Below the pieces are notes generated by a model. It was not told the origin of the DNA and did no database searches. It saw only the letters and a list, made by a program, of their open reading frames with translations. A DNA stretch of 62,861 bases, counting the filler. It is 4 parts of 4 records of this genome, joined end to end, with 100 filler letters (N's around TTAATTAATTAA, not from the genome) between each part and the next. Parts side by side here need not be neighbours in the genome. Positions count along the whole stretch, not along the records: positions 41,219 to 56,526 come from DRR723986_5598; 3 more parts are not named here. The stretch is one strand, 5' to 3'. A program made the translations under genes and the position numbers. How positions within the stretch are numbered: position 1 is the stretch's first letter; each line of letters opens with the position of its first letter. This document shows positions 47,055-56,626 of the stretch, piece after piece.

Positions 47055-48455
47055 ATGGGTATCAGATCTGTTCTCAAAGGCGCCGTCATTGCCGGCTTCA
47101 TGGTGTCAGTTGGCGCCGGTTCGGCACTCGCACAGGCGTGCGAAGAAACAGAGTTTTCGTCGAAAACGGGCCAGCTTTATCTGGACGCCGAACAAGCGGC
47201 GATGACGAACAACGACTACGTGACAGCTGCCAACAAGATGAACCAGCTCAAGCAGATGGGGCTGAATTGTTATGAAGAAGGCGCTGTCCTGAAGCTGTCG
47301 GCCTATATCAACATCCAGAAGGGTGATCGTAGGGCCGCTGTGAACGATCTCCTCTCCGCCCTGAACAAGGGCTACATCGCCGACAAGGACCGGGCGCAGA
47401 CCTACTACAACATCGCCCAGATCTATCTGCAGGAAGAGGACATCAGCAAGTCCCTCGAATACATGACCAAGTGGCAGCAGGCCGGCGGCAAGCCGGACCG
47501 CACCCAGAAATGGCAGCTCGCGGTTCTGTACCAGCGGGTCGACAACTTCAAGGAAGCCATCAAGTGGGCCGAACTGGTCAAGGCCGAAGACGGTTCCAAG
47601 TATGACCAGCAGCTCTATGACCTGCTGATCTTCCTGTACAATCAGGCCGACGACAAAGCGAAGCTGGCAAGCATCCTGGAGGAAGTGGTCGCCCACAACC
47701 CGACAGAGCGGAAGTACTGGGATGCGATCGCTGGTAACTATTTCGCCAGCAACGAGGAGCGCCGCGCGTTTGAGGTTCAGAAGGCGATGTACCTCGCCGG
47801 TATGCTGAAAACCGAAGACGAGCTCATGCGCATCGTGAACTTCTACAACCGGTTCAACGTGCCATATCAGGGCGCCAAGATCCTTGAGAAGGAAATGAAT
47901 GCCAGTCGCATTTCCCGCAACCTCGACCATCTTGAGCTGCTGGCCAACCTCTACCAGGTTGCCCGTGAGCACGAGAAAGCCATTCCGGTGATCCAGGCTG
48001 CTGCTGAAGCAGGCGGCGGCGGCGCAATGTATGAGCGTCTCGGCCGGTCCTATGCTGACCTGCAGGAATGGGAAAAAGCCGAAGACGCCCTCCAGAAAGC
48101 GCTCAGCCTGGGCGGTGTGAAGGATGCCGGTACCGCCTGGGTCCAGATCGGCCAGTCCCGCTATGAACGTGACGACCGTTCCGGTGCCCGCGAAGCCTTC
48201 CGCAAGGCCAATAACCGTGCCGGCAGCAGCTGGATTGCGTTCATGAATTCCGAAGAGGCAACCGCCTCTGCTCTGGATTGTTTCCAGTACCAGTCGGCCC
48301 TGCTGAACGTGACCAACGAAGCCAAGATCTGTAAGCGCCTGTCGGTGCTTGGTGAAGATCAGATGACGGACAACTGCAAGACTGTAAACGAGCGTCTTGA
48401 TGCGGCCGAGAAGGCTTTCAATGAAGCGCCGTCTTGCAAAGGTCAGCGGTCCTGA
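47055..48455 (+). CDS. Secreted TPR protein (TtpD-like)
   Basis: AGGAGAGG RBS, signal peptide, TPR-like helices, VPYQGAKILE motif. Confidence 0.8.
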   Translation: MGIRSVLKGAVIAGFMVSVGAGSALAQACEETEFSSKTGQLYLDAEQAAMTNNDYVTAANKMNQLKQMGLNCYEEGAVLKLSAYINIQKGDRRAAVNDLLSALNKGYIADKDRAQTYYNIAQIYLQEEDISKSLEYMTKWQQAGGKPDRTQKWQLAVLYQRVDNFKEAIKWAELVKAEDGSKYDQQLYDLLIFLYNQADDKAKLASILEEVVAHNPTERKYWDAIAGNYFASNEERRAFEVQKAMYLAGMLKTEDELMRIVNFYNRFNVPYQGAKILEKEMNASRISRNLDHLELLANLYQVAREHEKAIPVIQAAAEAGGGGAMYERLGRSYADLQEWEKAEDALQKALSLGGVKDAGTAWVQIGQSRYERDDRSGAREAFRKANNRAGSSWIAFMNSEEATASALDCFQYQSALLNVTNEAKICKRLSVLGEDQMTDNCKTVNERLDAAEKAFNEAPSCKGQRS

Positions 48456-48479
48456 TACCGCGACTGCAACGATTTTCGG

Positions 48480-48511
48480 AAAGCCCCGGCAAAATGTGCC
48501 GGGGTTTTTTT
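48480..48511. terminator. Rho-independent terminator between convergent genes
   Basis: AAAGCCCCGGCA-AAATG-TGCCGGGGTTTTTTT. Confidence 0.85.
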
Positions 48512-48522
48512 GATTCTACCGC

Positions 48523-49863
48523 TCAGTTATAGGCGCTGAGAATTTCGTCGACCGCGCGTTCCAGGTCTTTCAGTGTCGAGACATGCGTGACCTGGGCACA
48601 GAAGGGCGCATAGCGGGGGATGACGCTGTCGCCGGTGCCCCACAGACCGGGGCCTTCCGGATTCAGCCAGATGACGCGTTTGGCACGCGCTGCAAATTCG
48701 CGGAACAGATCCATTCGTGGGTCGCCATAATTCGACCGCGCATCCCCCAGGATCAGGAGTGTCGTTCGCCGGTCGATGATCTGTTCGTGGTTGATCTTCA
48801 GGTCCGACCAGGCCTGACCGTAGCTGGTCGAGCCCATGCCGTATTCGCGCAGGATCTTTGCCATTGCTGTTTCGAAATCGTTCTGCTCCAGAACCTCGTC
48901 CACTGAGCCAAGGCGGAACGAGAAGGCGAAGGCGTGCATATCCGGCACGACATCTTTCATCGACCAGAGCAATAGGAGCAGAAAGCGCACATATTGCGCG
49001 ACCGACCCGGAGACATCGCAGATCACGACAATCTTCGGCTTGTCCTTCTTCTTCTGGCGCCAGACGACGTTGAATGGGACGCCATCGAAGCCTGCATTGG
49101 CGCGCATCGTTCGGCGCACATCCAGCTGGCCGCGGTTGCGGCGGCGTTTGCGGCGGGAGTGTTTGACGGCGAGGCGTTTGGCGATCTTGGCGATCAGCCG
49201 CTTCATGCGTTCCATGTCGCTGCGGTCAATCGCTGAGAGCTTTTTCTCCGCGGCATAGTCATCGCGGAATTGCTGTGTTTCCCCGGCGCCGAAAACCTGG
49301 AAGGCCTTTTCTGCGCGTTCCCGCGCTTTCAGCGTGACATCGCGGCGGACATCGATCAGGCGCTGTGCTTCGGCATCGCCGTCCGGGCCGCCTTGCTGCA
49401 GCGCTTCGAGAAGGCGTGCTTGCAGGGCTTCGCCACCCATCTGTTTGACCATCTGCTGGGCATAATAGGCGACCTGAGTCGAGAAGCGGATATTGTCGAC
49501 ACCAGCCGCTTCGGCAGCCTTTTCAAGCGCGAGCGAGATCGCGCTTTCGTCGCCGGACTCCATCAGGTCGACAAGGTTGGAAGCGTCAGTTTCCGAATTG
49601 TCGGTGTCTGAAGAGTCTGTCTGGTCCTGTTCCGCGTTGGAGGCAGTTTCCTGCCTTGAGAAATAGAGTTCGAACAGTTCGTCGAACGTCTGCTTCTCTT
49701 CCGGAGACTTCGCCAGAACGCAGGCGAGAGAATCCTTCAGCATGCTGCGGTCGGCATAGCCGATCAGCTTCAGTGTGTGGGCGGCATCCAGCGCTTCGCC
49801 GGTGGAGACCCGCACGTCGGAAGAGCGCAGGGCACGGATGAAGTTGGTGAGCGGGCGTTCCAT
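48523..49863 (-). CDS. VWA-domain CoxE-like protein
   Basis: F.RALR, LDVRRT.R, CDVSGS, LGDARSNY, WLNPE, WGTGDS. Confidence 0.88.
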   Translation of the reverse strand: MERPLTNFIRALRSSDVRVSTGEALDAAHTLKLIGYADRSMLKDSLACVLAKSPEEKQTFDELFELYFSRQETASNAEQDQTDSSDTDNSETDASNLVDLMESGDESAISLALEKAAEAAGVDNIRFSTQVAYYAQQMVKQMGGEALQARLLEALQQGGPDGDAEAQRLIDVRRDVTLKARERAEKAFQVFGAGETQQFRDDYAAEKKLSAIDRSDMERMKRLIAKIAKRLAVKHSRRKRRRNRGQLDVRRTMRANAGFDGVPFNVVWRQKKKDKPKIVVICDVSGSVAQYVRFLLLLLWSMKDVVPDMHAFAFSFRLGSVDEVLEQNDFETAMAKILREYGMGSTSYGQAWSDLKINHEQIIDRRTTLLILGDARSNYGDPRMDLFREFAARAKRVIWLNPEGPGLWGTGDSVIPRYAPFCAQVTHVSTLKDLERAVDEILSAYN

Positions 49864-49884
49864 GGACCCGTCAGTTCCCCTCTA

Positions 49885-50877
49885 TCACCCCAGATCCGGA
49901 TAGCCAGAGGCGGTGCGGCTTCCGGGTTTCTGTGCGGCAGCTTCGCGCAGCATTTTCGGCACTTCCGGGCCGATCACGGCGATATCGCTTTCATGCTTCA
50001 GCAGGACATTCAGCGTGTCGCGGACGAAGGTTTCGTCCAGCGCCGTTGCGTGCAGCAGGAGCAGTGTTTTCGCCCAGTCGACGGTTTCGGCAATGGAAGG
50101 GCGCTTCTTGATGTCGACATCGCGCACCGACTGGACGAAGGAAACCATCTGATCCAGCAGCGACTCCTCCAGGCCTTCGACGCGGGCGCGGACAATGCGG
50201 CGCTCGCGGGCATGATCAGGGAAGCCGATATGCAGGTGCAGGCAGCGGCGCTTCAGGGCGTCGCCCAGTTCCCGCACATTGTTCGAGGTCAGAATAACCA
50301 GCGGCGGCACATTGGCGGCAATCGTTCCGATCTCCGGCACGGTGACCTGATAGTCCGAGAGGACTTCGAGAAGGAAAGCCTCGAATTCCTCGTCCGACTT
50401 GTCGATCTCGTCAATCAGCAGGACGGAGCCAACTTCCTGCTTCATGGCCGTCAGCAGAGGCCGGGATTCGAGGAATTGTTCAGAGAAGAAAAGGTCTTCG
50501 AAGGAAGAGAGTTTGCCGAGTGAGCTTTCCAGCGAACCGGCATCGCCGATCACCTCGTTCAGCTTCTCCTTCAGGATCTGCGTGTAGAGCAGCTGCTTGC
50601 CATATTTCCACTCGTAGAGTGCCTTGCCCTCATCCAGGCCTTCATAGCATTGCAGGCGCAGGAGCGGCAGGTCGAGCCAACGCGAGAGCGAGGCGGCGAG
50701 GTCTGTCTTGCCGACACCGGCCGGGCCTTCGATCAGGATCGGCTTGCGCAGGCCATGGGCCAGGAAAACAGCCGTCGAAATCTGTTTCGTGGAGATGTAC
50801 CCCACGCCTTCGAGGCCCGCAGTGATTGCGTCAACGGAAGTCATCGGCTCGTAGCCGGTGGAAAGGTCTTTAGCCAT
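49885..50877 (-). CDS. MoxR/CoxD-like AAA+ ATPase
   Basis: EGPAGVGKT, RLQCYEGLD, LLIDEIDK, LTSN..REL.DALKRRC. Confidence 0.92.
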   Translation of the reverse strand: MAKDLSTGYEPMTSVDAITAGLEGVGYISTKQISTAVFLAHGLRKPILIEGPAGVGKTDLAASLSRWLDLPLLRLQCYEGLDEGKALYEWKYGKQLLYTQILKEKLNEVIGDAGSLESSLGKLSSFEDLFFSEQFLESRPLLTAMKQEVGSVLLIDEIDKSDEEFEAFLLEVLSDYQVTVPEIGTIAANVPPLVILTSNNVRELGDALKRRCLHLHIGFPDHARERRIVRARVEGLEESLLDQMVSFVQSVRDVDIKKRPSIAETVDWAKTLLLLHATALDETFVRDTLNVLLKHESDIAVIGPEVPKMLREAAAQKPGSRTASGYPDLG

Positions 50878-50996
50878 GCCTAAGGGGTAGGGGCGAGGGG
50901 TCTGGCTGGCAAGCCATATCGCGGGGGAAGCGCGTGCCAGCACGGAGGCCCGGAAACGCTGTCGCGCTCCGGCAAGTTTCCCGATTGTGGGTTGGC

Positions 50997-51593
50997 TCAG
51001 CCCGTGTCCGGTTCCGGCCATCCCTTCAGCGCTTCCAGCAGCTGCACGGTGAGCCCGCCCGAGACGAGGACGATGGCGCCGGGCATGCGGTGCGTGTTTG
51101 GAATCGGCGGCACGTGCGGCTTTGCTTTGCCGGCGGTCTGCCAGCGCTGGATCGTACGGGCGAGACTTTTCGCGCGGCGCTTATAAAGTTTCAGCGTGTC
51201 CAGCATGGTCTGCCACCGCGCGATCAGCGGCGCGGCGGGGACAGGCCCGCGTGCGGGCACGGTGACCGGCCCCTTCAGGAAATGCGGGCATGGGCCTGAT
51301 TGTGCCGGGACCATGGTGAAGACGTAGCGGTACGCGGCGTCCGGTTTCTTCGGGTCATAATAGTTGCTGCCGTCGCGCGGCTTCAGTGGCACCAGCTCCA
51401 TCTGCAGCGCCGACAGGAAGATCAGATGGCGGAGCAGCACGGCCAGCCGCTTCAGCTCCGCCCGCACCCGCCGGTTCACCGATTTCGCAATCGTCTCAGG
51501 CGTCTTGAACAGGTCGACATTCACGCCCGCCTCCGCAATGGCGCGGGCGATCGTGTGAAACGCCGGAGAGAAGAAATCGGTGCGGTCTGTCAT
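50997..51593 (-). CDS. Hypothetical basic protein, 198 aa
   Basis: Open frame from ATG 51593 with GC-biased third positions; no recognisable domain. Confidence 0.65.
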   Translation of the reverse strand: MTDRTDFFSPAFHTIARAIAEAGVNVDLFKTPETIAKSVNRRVRAELKRLAVLLRHLIFLSALQMELVPLKPRDGSNYYDPKKPDAAYRYVFTMVPAQSGPCPHFLKGPVTVPARGPVPAAPLIARWQTMLDTLKLYKRRAKSLARTIQRWQTAGKAKPHVPPIPNTHRMPGAIVLVSGGLTVQLLEALKGWPEPDTG

Positions 51594-51776
51594 GGCGCGG
51601 AGATTGCCATGAAGGGTTATCCGGGAGGATAGAAGGGCGATATTTCCGCGCGCTGCGTAACAAGCCCGGGCACCCGGTGGTGGGTATGGCTCCGTTGAGC
51701 CCACCTGACCTGGCGGTTTTGAAGGACATGTCCCCGCGCAGAACCTGTCCAGCCATGACCAGCGGCGCACGATAAA

Positions 51777-51850
51777 TGACCCGGTCGTGACCATGCATGA
51801 CCTGTCATGACGATAGCGGACTATACCGGACTATACCGGACTATGACGGA
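51777..51850. repeat. 10-bp-period degenerate tandem array
   Basis: (T/G)GAC at 51777, 51788, 51798, 51808, 51818, 51828, 51838; CGGACTATAC exact x2 plus CGGACTATGA. Confidence 0.75.
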
Positions 51851-52264
51851 TCATGCCGCCTGGAGCGCGCGGAAAGTTGCGTTGGCCCGGGCGCAGAGGG
51901 TTTCGTCTGCGTGGATCGTTGCGGTGCAGAAGGACAAGTTCTTTCCGGTCCGGAGGACCGTGGGGCGGATTTCCAGCCACTGGCCGAGGCGGGCCGTGGA
52001 GAGAAAGTCCACTGACAGGCCGACGGTGACGAGGCCGGAAATGCCGGTGAGCGACAGGCCGCAGCTGAGCCCCATCGCATTGTCAGCCAGGGCCGAGATC
52101 AGCGCCCCGTGGACGAAGCCGCGCGAATTGGCGTGGGCCGGGCCGGCGCGCAGGCCGATCCGGATCGCCTCGCCGGTATTGCGTGAATAGAGCGGCTCCC
52201 AGGGGGCGGTCAGGCCGCTTTTCCTGAAGTGCGGGGCGAACCCCTCCGGAATGCTGCCTGCCAT
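51851..52264 (-). CDS. PaaI-family thioesterase
   Basis: HANSRGFVHGALISALADNAMG hot-dog fold motif. Confidence 0.9.
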   Translation of the reverse strand: MAGSIPEGFAPHFRKSGLTAPWEPLYSRNTGEAIRIGLRAGPAHANSRGFVHGALISALADNAMGLSCGLSLTGISGLVTVGLSVDFLSTARLGQWLEIRPTVLRTGKNLSFCTATIHADETLCARANATFRALQAA

Positions 52265-52311
52265 CTGCTGTCTCCTCATTGCCTGTTAACGGATCGAGGT
52301 GTATCGAAATC

Positions 52312-52329
52312 ATGTAGACCAGTCTATAT
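52312..52329. promoter_or_regulatory. TetR operator (LmrA/YxaF-type box)
   Basis: ATG-TAGAC-CA-GTCTA-TAT dyad between the divergent paaI-like and tetR genes. Confidence 0.75.
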
Positions 52330-52345
52330 AATTTCGGAGAGCGGG

Positions 52346-52927
52346 ATGGCAGCTGCTGCGAAACATCGGGAAACGCTTCTGGCCACGTCGGTGAGATTGT
52401 TCCGTCAGAAGGGATACGCGGCGACCGGGCTTGCCGAGATCCTGGCGGAGAGCGGCGCGCCCAAGGGGTCGCTGTATCACTATTTTCCGGGCGGCAAGGC
52501 CGAGATCGGGGCAGAGGCCGTTCAACTGGCCGGGAAGACCGTGACGCACACGCTGAAAGAGCTGGCTGGGAAGACGGCGGGGCCCGGCGACCTGATTGAA
52601 CGCTATTTCGACATGCTGGCCGGGTGGATGGCTGCCTCGCACTATCGGGACGGCTGTCCGATTACGACGACCCTGCTGGAAACTGTGCCGGAGCATGAGG
52701 CGATCCGCGAGGCGGGGGCTGCGGCTTTTGCAGGCTGGGCCAGCGTGCTGGCGGACTCCGCCGTATCTGCCGGGATCGCGCAGCCCCGTGCCGAACGCCT
52801 TGCCCGGTTCACAATCGCGGCGCTTGAGGGGGCGCTGATCCAGTGCCGGGTCAGCGGAGATGAAGCGCCGTTGAGGCTGGTCGCGGAGGAGCTTGGCGCG
52901 TTGTATGCTGCCGCCCAGCAGCGCTGA
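52346..52927 (+). CDS. TetR-family regulator (LmrA/YxaF type)
   Basis: LF..KGY.ATG..EI...SGAPKGSLYHYFPGGK, GCP, EGAL. Confidence 0.92.
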   Translation: MAAAAKHRETLLATSVRLFRQKGYAATGLAEILAESGAPKGSLYHYFPGGKAEIGAEAVQLAGKTVTHTLKELAGKTAGPGDLIERYFDMLAGWMAASHYRDGCPITTTLLETVPEHEAIREAGAAAFAGWASVLADSAVSAGIAQPRAERLARFTIAALEGALIQCRVSGDEAPLRLVAEELGALYAAAQQR

Positions 52928-52972
52928 AGGCGCGGCGTGACGGAGGCAGGCTGAAGGGCTAAGCCTTGGCCT

Positions 52973-55144
52973 ATGGCCGTCGCCCGGATTCTCTTTCCCA
53001 TGCCCTTGCCGGAGCCGTTTGACTACGCGGTGCCGGACGATCTGGACGTGGTAGAGGGCAGCTATGTCGCCGCACCGCTCGGCAAGTATGAGCGGCTGGG
53101 CATTGTCGTCGAAATGTTGGGGGATGAGGCGGCCGAAGGGCGCACGTTGAAGGCCGTGTCGGAGGTTTACCCCACGCCGCCGATGACCAGGGCGATGCGG
53201 GACTTCCTGGCCTTTGCGGCGCGCTACACGGTGAGCCATCCGGGGCATCTCTTGTCCATGGCGCTGAGGGCGCGGGCGGGCCTGCTGCCGTCACCGACAG
53301 AGACGGTGTTCACGGCTACCGGTAAGACGCCGCCACGCATGACGGATGCCCGCGCGAAAGTGCTGGATGTCATGGAGCCGGCAGACGCGCCCATGACGGC
53401 GGCGCAGATCGCAGAGGCGGCAGGCGTTTCGTCCGGTGTGGTGCGCGGGCTCGCCGAAGCGGACGCGCTGCAGGCGATCGACGTGCCGACGGATCCGCCG
53501 TTCCCAACTGTGAACCCTGACCTGCCGGGCGCCAATCTGACGGCGGAGCAGGCGGAGGCGGCGGAAGAATTGCGCGCGGCGGTGCGCGAGAACACTTTCC
53601 ACACTTTCCTGATCGATGGCGTCACCGGCTCGGGCAAGACAGAGGTCTATTTCGAGGCGATTGCCGAAGCGCTGAAGGCCGATCCGGAGGCGCAGGTTCT
53701 GGTCCTTCTGCCGGAGATCGCGCTGACGCAGGCCATTCTCTCGCGCTTCACCGCGCGGTTCGGCGCGGCGCCTGCACCCTGGCATTCCGGCCTGTCGGAC
53801 AAGGAACGCCGGCGCACCTGGCGCGAGACGGCGCATGGCCGCGCGCGCATCGTGATCGGTGCGCGGTCAGCCCTGTTCCTGCCGTTCCAGAAGCTCAAGT
53901 TGATCATCGTGGACGAAGAGCACGACGGCAGTTTCAAGCAGGAAGACGGCGTGACCTATCACGCCCGCGACATGTCCGTGATGCGCGGTAAGCTGGAGGA
54001 GGCGGTCGTGGTGCTGGCTTCGGCGACCCCGGCGCTGGAGACGATCGTGAATGCGGAGATGGGGCGCTACACGCGGCTGAAGCTCTCGGCGCGGCCGGGC
54101 TCTGCGCGGTTGCCGGATGTGGAGCTGGTGGATCTGCGGGCCGATCCGCCGGGCAAGGGTATGTGGCTGTCGTCCCGGCTGGTGCACGAGATGCGCATGA
54201 CGCTGGAGGCAGGGGAGCAGACGCTCCTGTTCCTGAACCGGCGGGGTTATGCGCCGCTGGTGATCTGCAAGGCGTGCGGGGAGCGGCTGAAGACGCCGGG
54301 CACCGAGAACTGGCTGACCGAGCACCGCTACACCAATCGGCTCGTCTGTCATGTGACAGGCTATTCCATCCTGAAGCCGCAGATGTGTCCGCACTGTGGG
54401 GCAGTCGATTCGCTGATGGGCGTCGGCCCTGGCGTGGAACGCGTGGCCGAGGAAGTGCGCGTGCTGATGCCGGAGGCGCGGATCGAGATCTTCTCGTCCG
54501 ATACGGCGCAGGGCGGGGAGGCGACGCGCGGCATCGTCGAACGGATGGAGCAGGGCGAGATTGATGTGCTGATCGGCACGCAGATCGTGGCCAAGGGACA
54601 CAACTTCCCGAACCTGACACTGGTGGGCGTCGTGGACGCCGACAGCGGCATGAAGGGTGGGGACCTGCGCGCGGGCGAGCGGACTTACCAGTTGCTGAGC
54701 CAGGTGGCCGGCCGGGCCGGGCGGGCCGAACGGCCGGGCCGGGCGCTGGTGCAGACCTACGCGCCGGACAATCCGGCCATGCTGGCGCTGGCGGATGGGG
54801 ACCGGGACGGTTTCCTCCAGATCGAGCGGGATGTTCGGGCCGAGCTGGGCCTGCCGCCATTCGGACGGCTGGCGGCGGTCATCCTGTCAGCACCGTCCGC
54901 TGAAATGGTGGACCAGGCCGCGCGGGATGTGGCGGCGCTTGCACCGAACGGGCAGGGAATCGAGCTGTTCGGACCGGCCCCGGCGCCGATTACCGTGCTG
55001 CGCGGACGCCATCGCCGGCGATTCCTGGTGAAGTCCCCCCGCAATGTGGACCTGTCGGCCTACATGACGGCGTGGCTGGCGAAGATTAAGCTGCCGGCAC
55101 CTGTCCGCCTGTCGGTGGACATCGACCCGTATTCATTCCTCTAA
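52973..55144 (+). CDS. priA: Primosomal protein N'
   Basis: GVTGSGKTEVY, DEEH, LNRRGYA, GTQIVAKGHNF, QVAGRAGR, VDIDP. Confidence 0.96.
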   Translation: MAVARILFPMPLPEPFDYAVPDDLDVVEGSYVAAPLGKYERLGIVVEMLGDEAAEGRTLKAVSEVYPTPPMTRAMRDFLAFAARYTVSHPGHLLSMALRARAGLLPSPTETVFTATGKTPPRMTDARAKVLDVMEPADAPMTAAQIAEAAGVSSGVVRGLAEADALQAIDVPTDPPFPTVNPDLPGANLTAEQAEAAEELRAAVRENTFHTFLIDGVTGSGKTEVYFEAIAEALKADPEAQVLVLLPEIALTQAILSRFTARFGAAPAPWHSGLSDKERRRTWRETAHGRARIVIGARSALFLPFQKLKLIIVDEEHDGSFKQEDGVTYHARDMSVMRGKLEEAVVVLASATPALETIVNAEMGRYTRLKLSARPGSARLPDVELVDLRADPPGKGMWLSSRLVHEMRMTLEAGEQTLLFLNRRGYAPLVICKACGERLKTPGTENWLTEHRYTNRLVCHVTGYSILKPQMCPHCGAVDSLMGVGPGVERVAEEVRVLMPEARIEIFSSDTAQGGEATRGIVERMEQGEIDVLIGTQIVAKGHNFPNLTLVGVVDADSGMKGGDLRAGERTYQLLSQVAGRAGRAERPGRALVQTYAPDNPAMLALADGDRDGFLQIERDVRAELGLPPFGRLAAVILSAPSAEMVDQAARDVAALAPNGQGIELFGPAPAPITVLRGRHRRRFLVKSPRNVDLSAYMTAWLAKIKLPAPVRLSVDIDPYSFL

Positions 55145-55448
55145 CCGACCGAGAATCGGTAGGGTCGCGGCCATAACGGCCGAACCGGATGAAGCGCCGT
55201 TTCAGCATGTTCCTCAGGATGCCAGAGGGCAAAGCCGGTTCGTCCCGGAAAGCCAAAGACTGCGGGGCTTTAGGGGCATGTTGTCATAATTGTCATTTCG
55301 CCGCAGACATTGGCGCCATGCCTGTGTTGTCAGGTCAGATGACTGATGCTAAGCGGCGCACAGTTTTCATGGGCGCGGGCATTTCGCACGCAGCCCTGTT
55401 TGCTGTTTTCGGGCCAGACCGCCCACCTGAACATGGACGAAGAGACCC

Positions 55449-56009
55449 TTGGCTGGATCAAAGATGACACATGCGAACGAAGCTGCACGCCGTTATGCGA
55501 GTGCGCTCTTCGAACTCGCGCAGGACAAAGGCGAACTCGCCAATGTCTATAAGGATTTCAAAGCCTTCGCCGAAATGGTGAAAGGCTCTGAAGATCTGGC
55601 GCTTCTTTTGGATTCGCCGGCTTTCTCCCGTGACGACAAGGTCAAGGCGCTGGGCGAAGTGACAGCGAAGGCCGGTCTGTCCAGCCTGTTTGGCAAATTC
55701 GCCGGCACCATGGCGCAGAACGGCCGTTCGGCGGACATTCACGGCGCTGCGATCGCTTTTGACGAACTTTACGCACAACAGCGCGGCGTGAAGCGCGCTC
55801 TTGTGCGCACCGCCAAGGAAATGACCGGCGCCGAACGCCAGCGCATCGAATCAATCCTCGCCAAGGCCGTTGGCGGCGAGGTGGAACTTACCAGCGAGGT
55901 TGACGCCTCGCTCATCGGCGGCATTCAGCTGCGCATCGGGTCCCAACTCGTTGACGCAAGCCTTGCCGCCAAACTGGAACGCATGAACACCGCCATGAAG
56001 GGAGCTTAG
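55449..56009 (+). CDS. atpH: ATP synthase delta subunit
   Basis: [30 protein letters not shown]. Confidence 0.95.
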   Translation: MAGSKMTHANEAARRYASALFELAQDKGELANVYKDFKAFAEMVKGSEDLALLLDSPAFSRDDKVKALGEVTAKAGLSSLFGKFAGTMAQNGRSADIHGAAIAFDELYAQQRGVKRALVRTAKEMTGAERQRIESILAKAVGGEVELTSEVDASLIGGIQLRIGSQLVDASLAAKLERMNTAMKGA

Positions 56010-56016
56010 TCGCTCG

Positions 56017-56526
56017 ATGGATATCTCAGCAGCAGAAATTTCGGGCATCCTGAAGTCGCAGATCGAGAATTTCGGCGTTGAAGCCGAAGTCTCCGATGTC
56101 GGTCAGGTTCTGTCAGTGGGCGACGGTATCGCCCGTATCTACGGCCTCGACAGCGTTCAGGCCGGCGAAATGGTCGAATTCGACGGCGGCATCAAAGGTA
56201 TGGCGCTGAACCTCGAAAGCGACAATGTCGGCGTCGTGATCTTTGGTGACGACCGGGACATCAAGGAAGGCGACACAGTCAAGCGCCTGGACGAGATCGT
56301 GTCGGCACCGGTCGGCAAGGGTCTGCTGGGCCGCGTCGTGGATGCCCTCGGTAATCCGATTGATGGCAAAGGCGCACTGGAAAACGTTGCCGCACGTGAA
56401 CGTGTGGACGTGAAAGCGCCGGGCATCATTCCGCGTAAGTCGGTTGACGAGCCGATGATGACCGGTCTCAAGGCCATTGACGGGATGATCCCGGTCGGCC
56501 GTGGTCAGCGCGAGCTGGTCATCGGT
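56017..56526 (+). CDS. atpA: ATP synthase alpha subunit, 3'-truncated
   Basis: [36 protein letters not shown]. Confidence 0.97.
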
Positions 56527-56626
56527 NNNNNNNNNNNNNNNNNNNNNNNNNNNNNNNNNNNNNNNNNNNNTTAATTAATTAANNNNNNNNNNNNNNNNNN
56601 NNNNNNNNNNNNNNNNNNNNNNNNNN
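56527..56626. other. Artificial contig linker
   Basis: 44 N + TTAATTAATTAA + 44 N. Confidence 0.99.

Noticed and set aside
36224..50877. Two MoxR-type ATPases as a single system
   Set aside because: They lie on different contigs from different organisms
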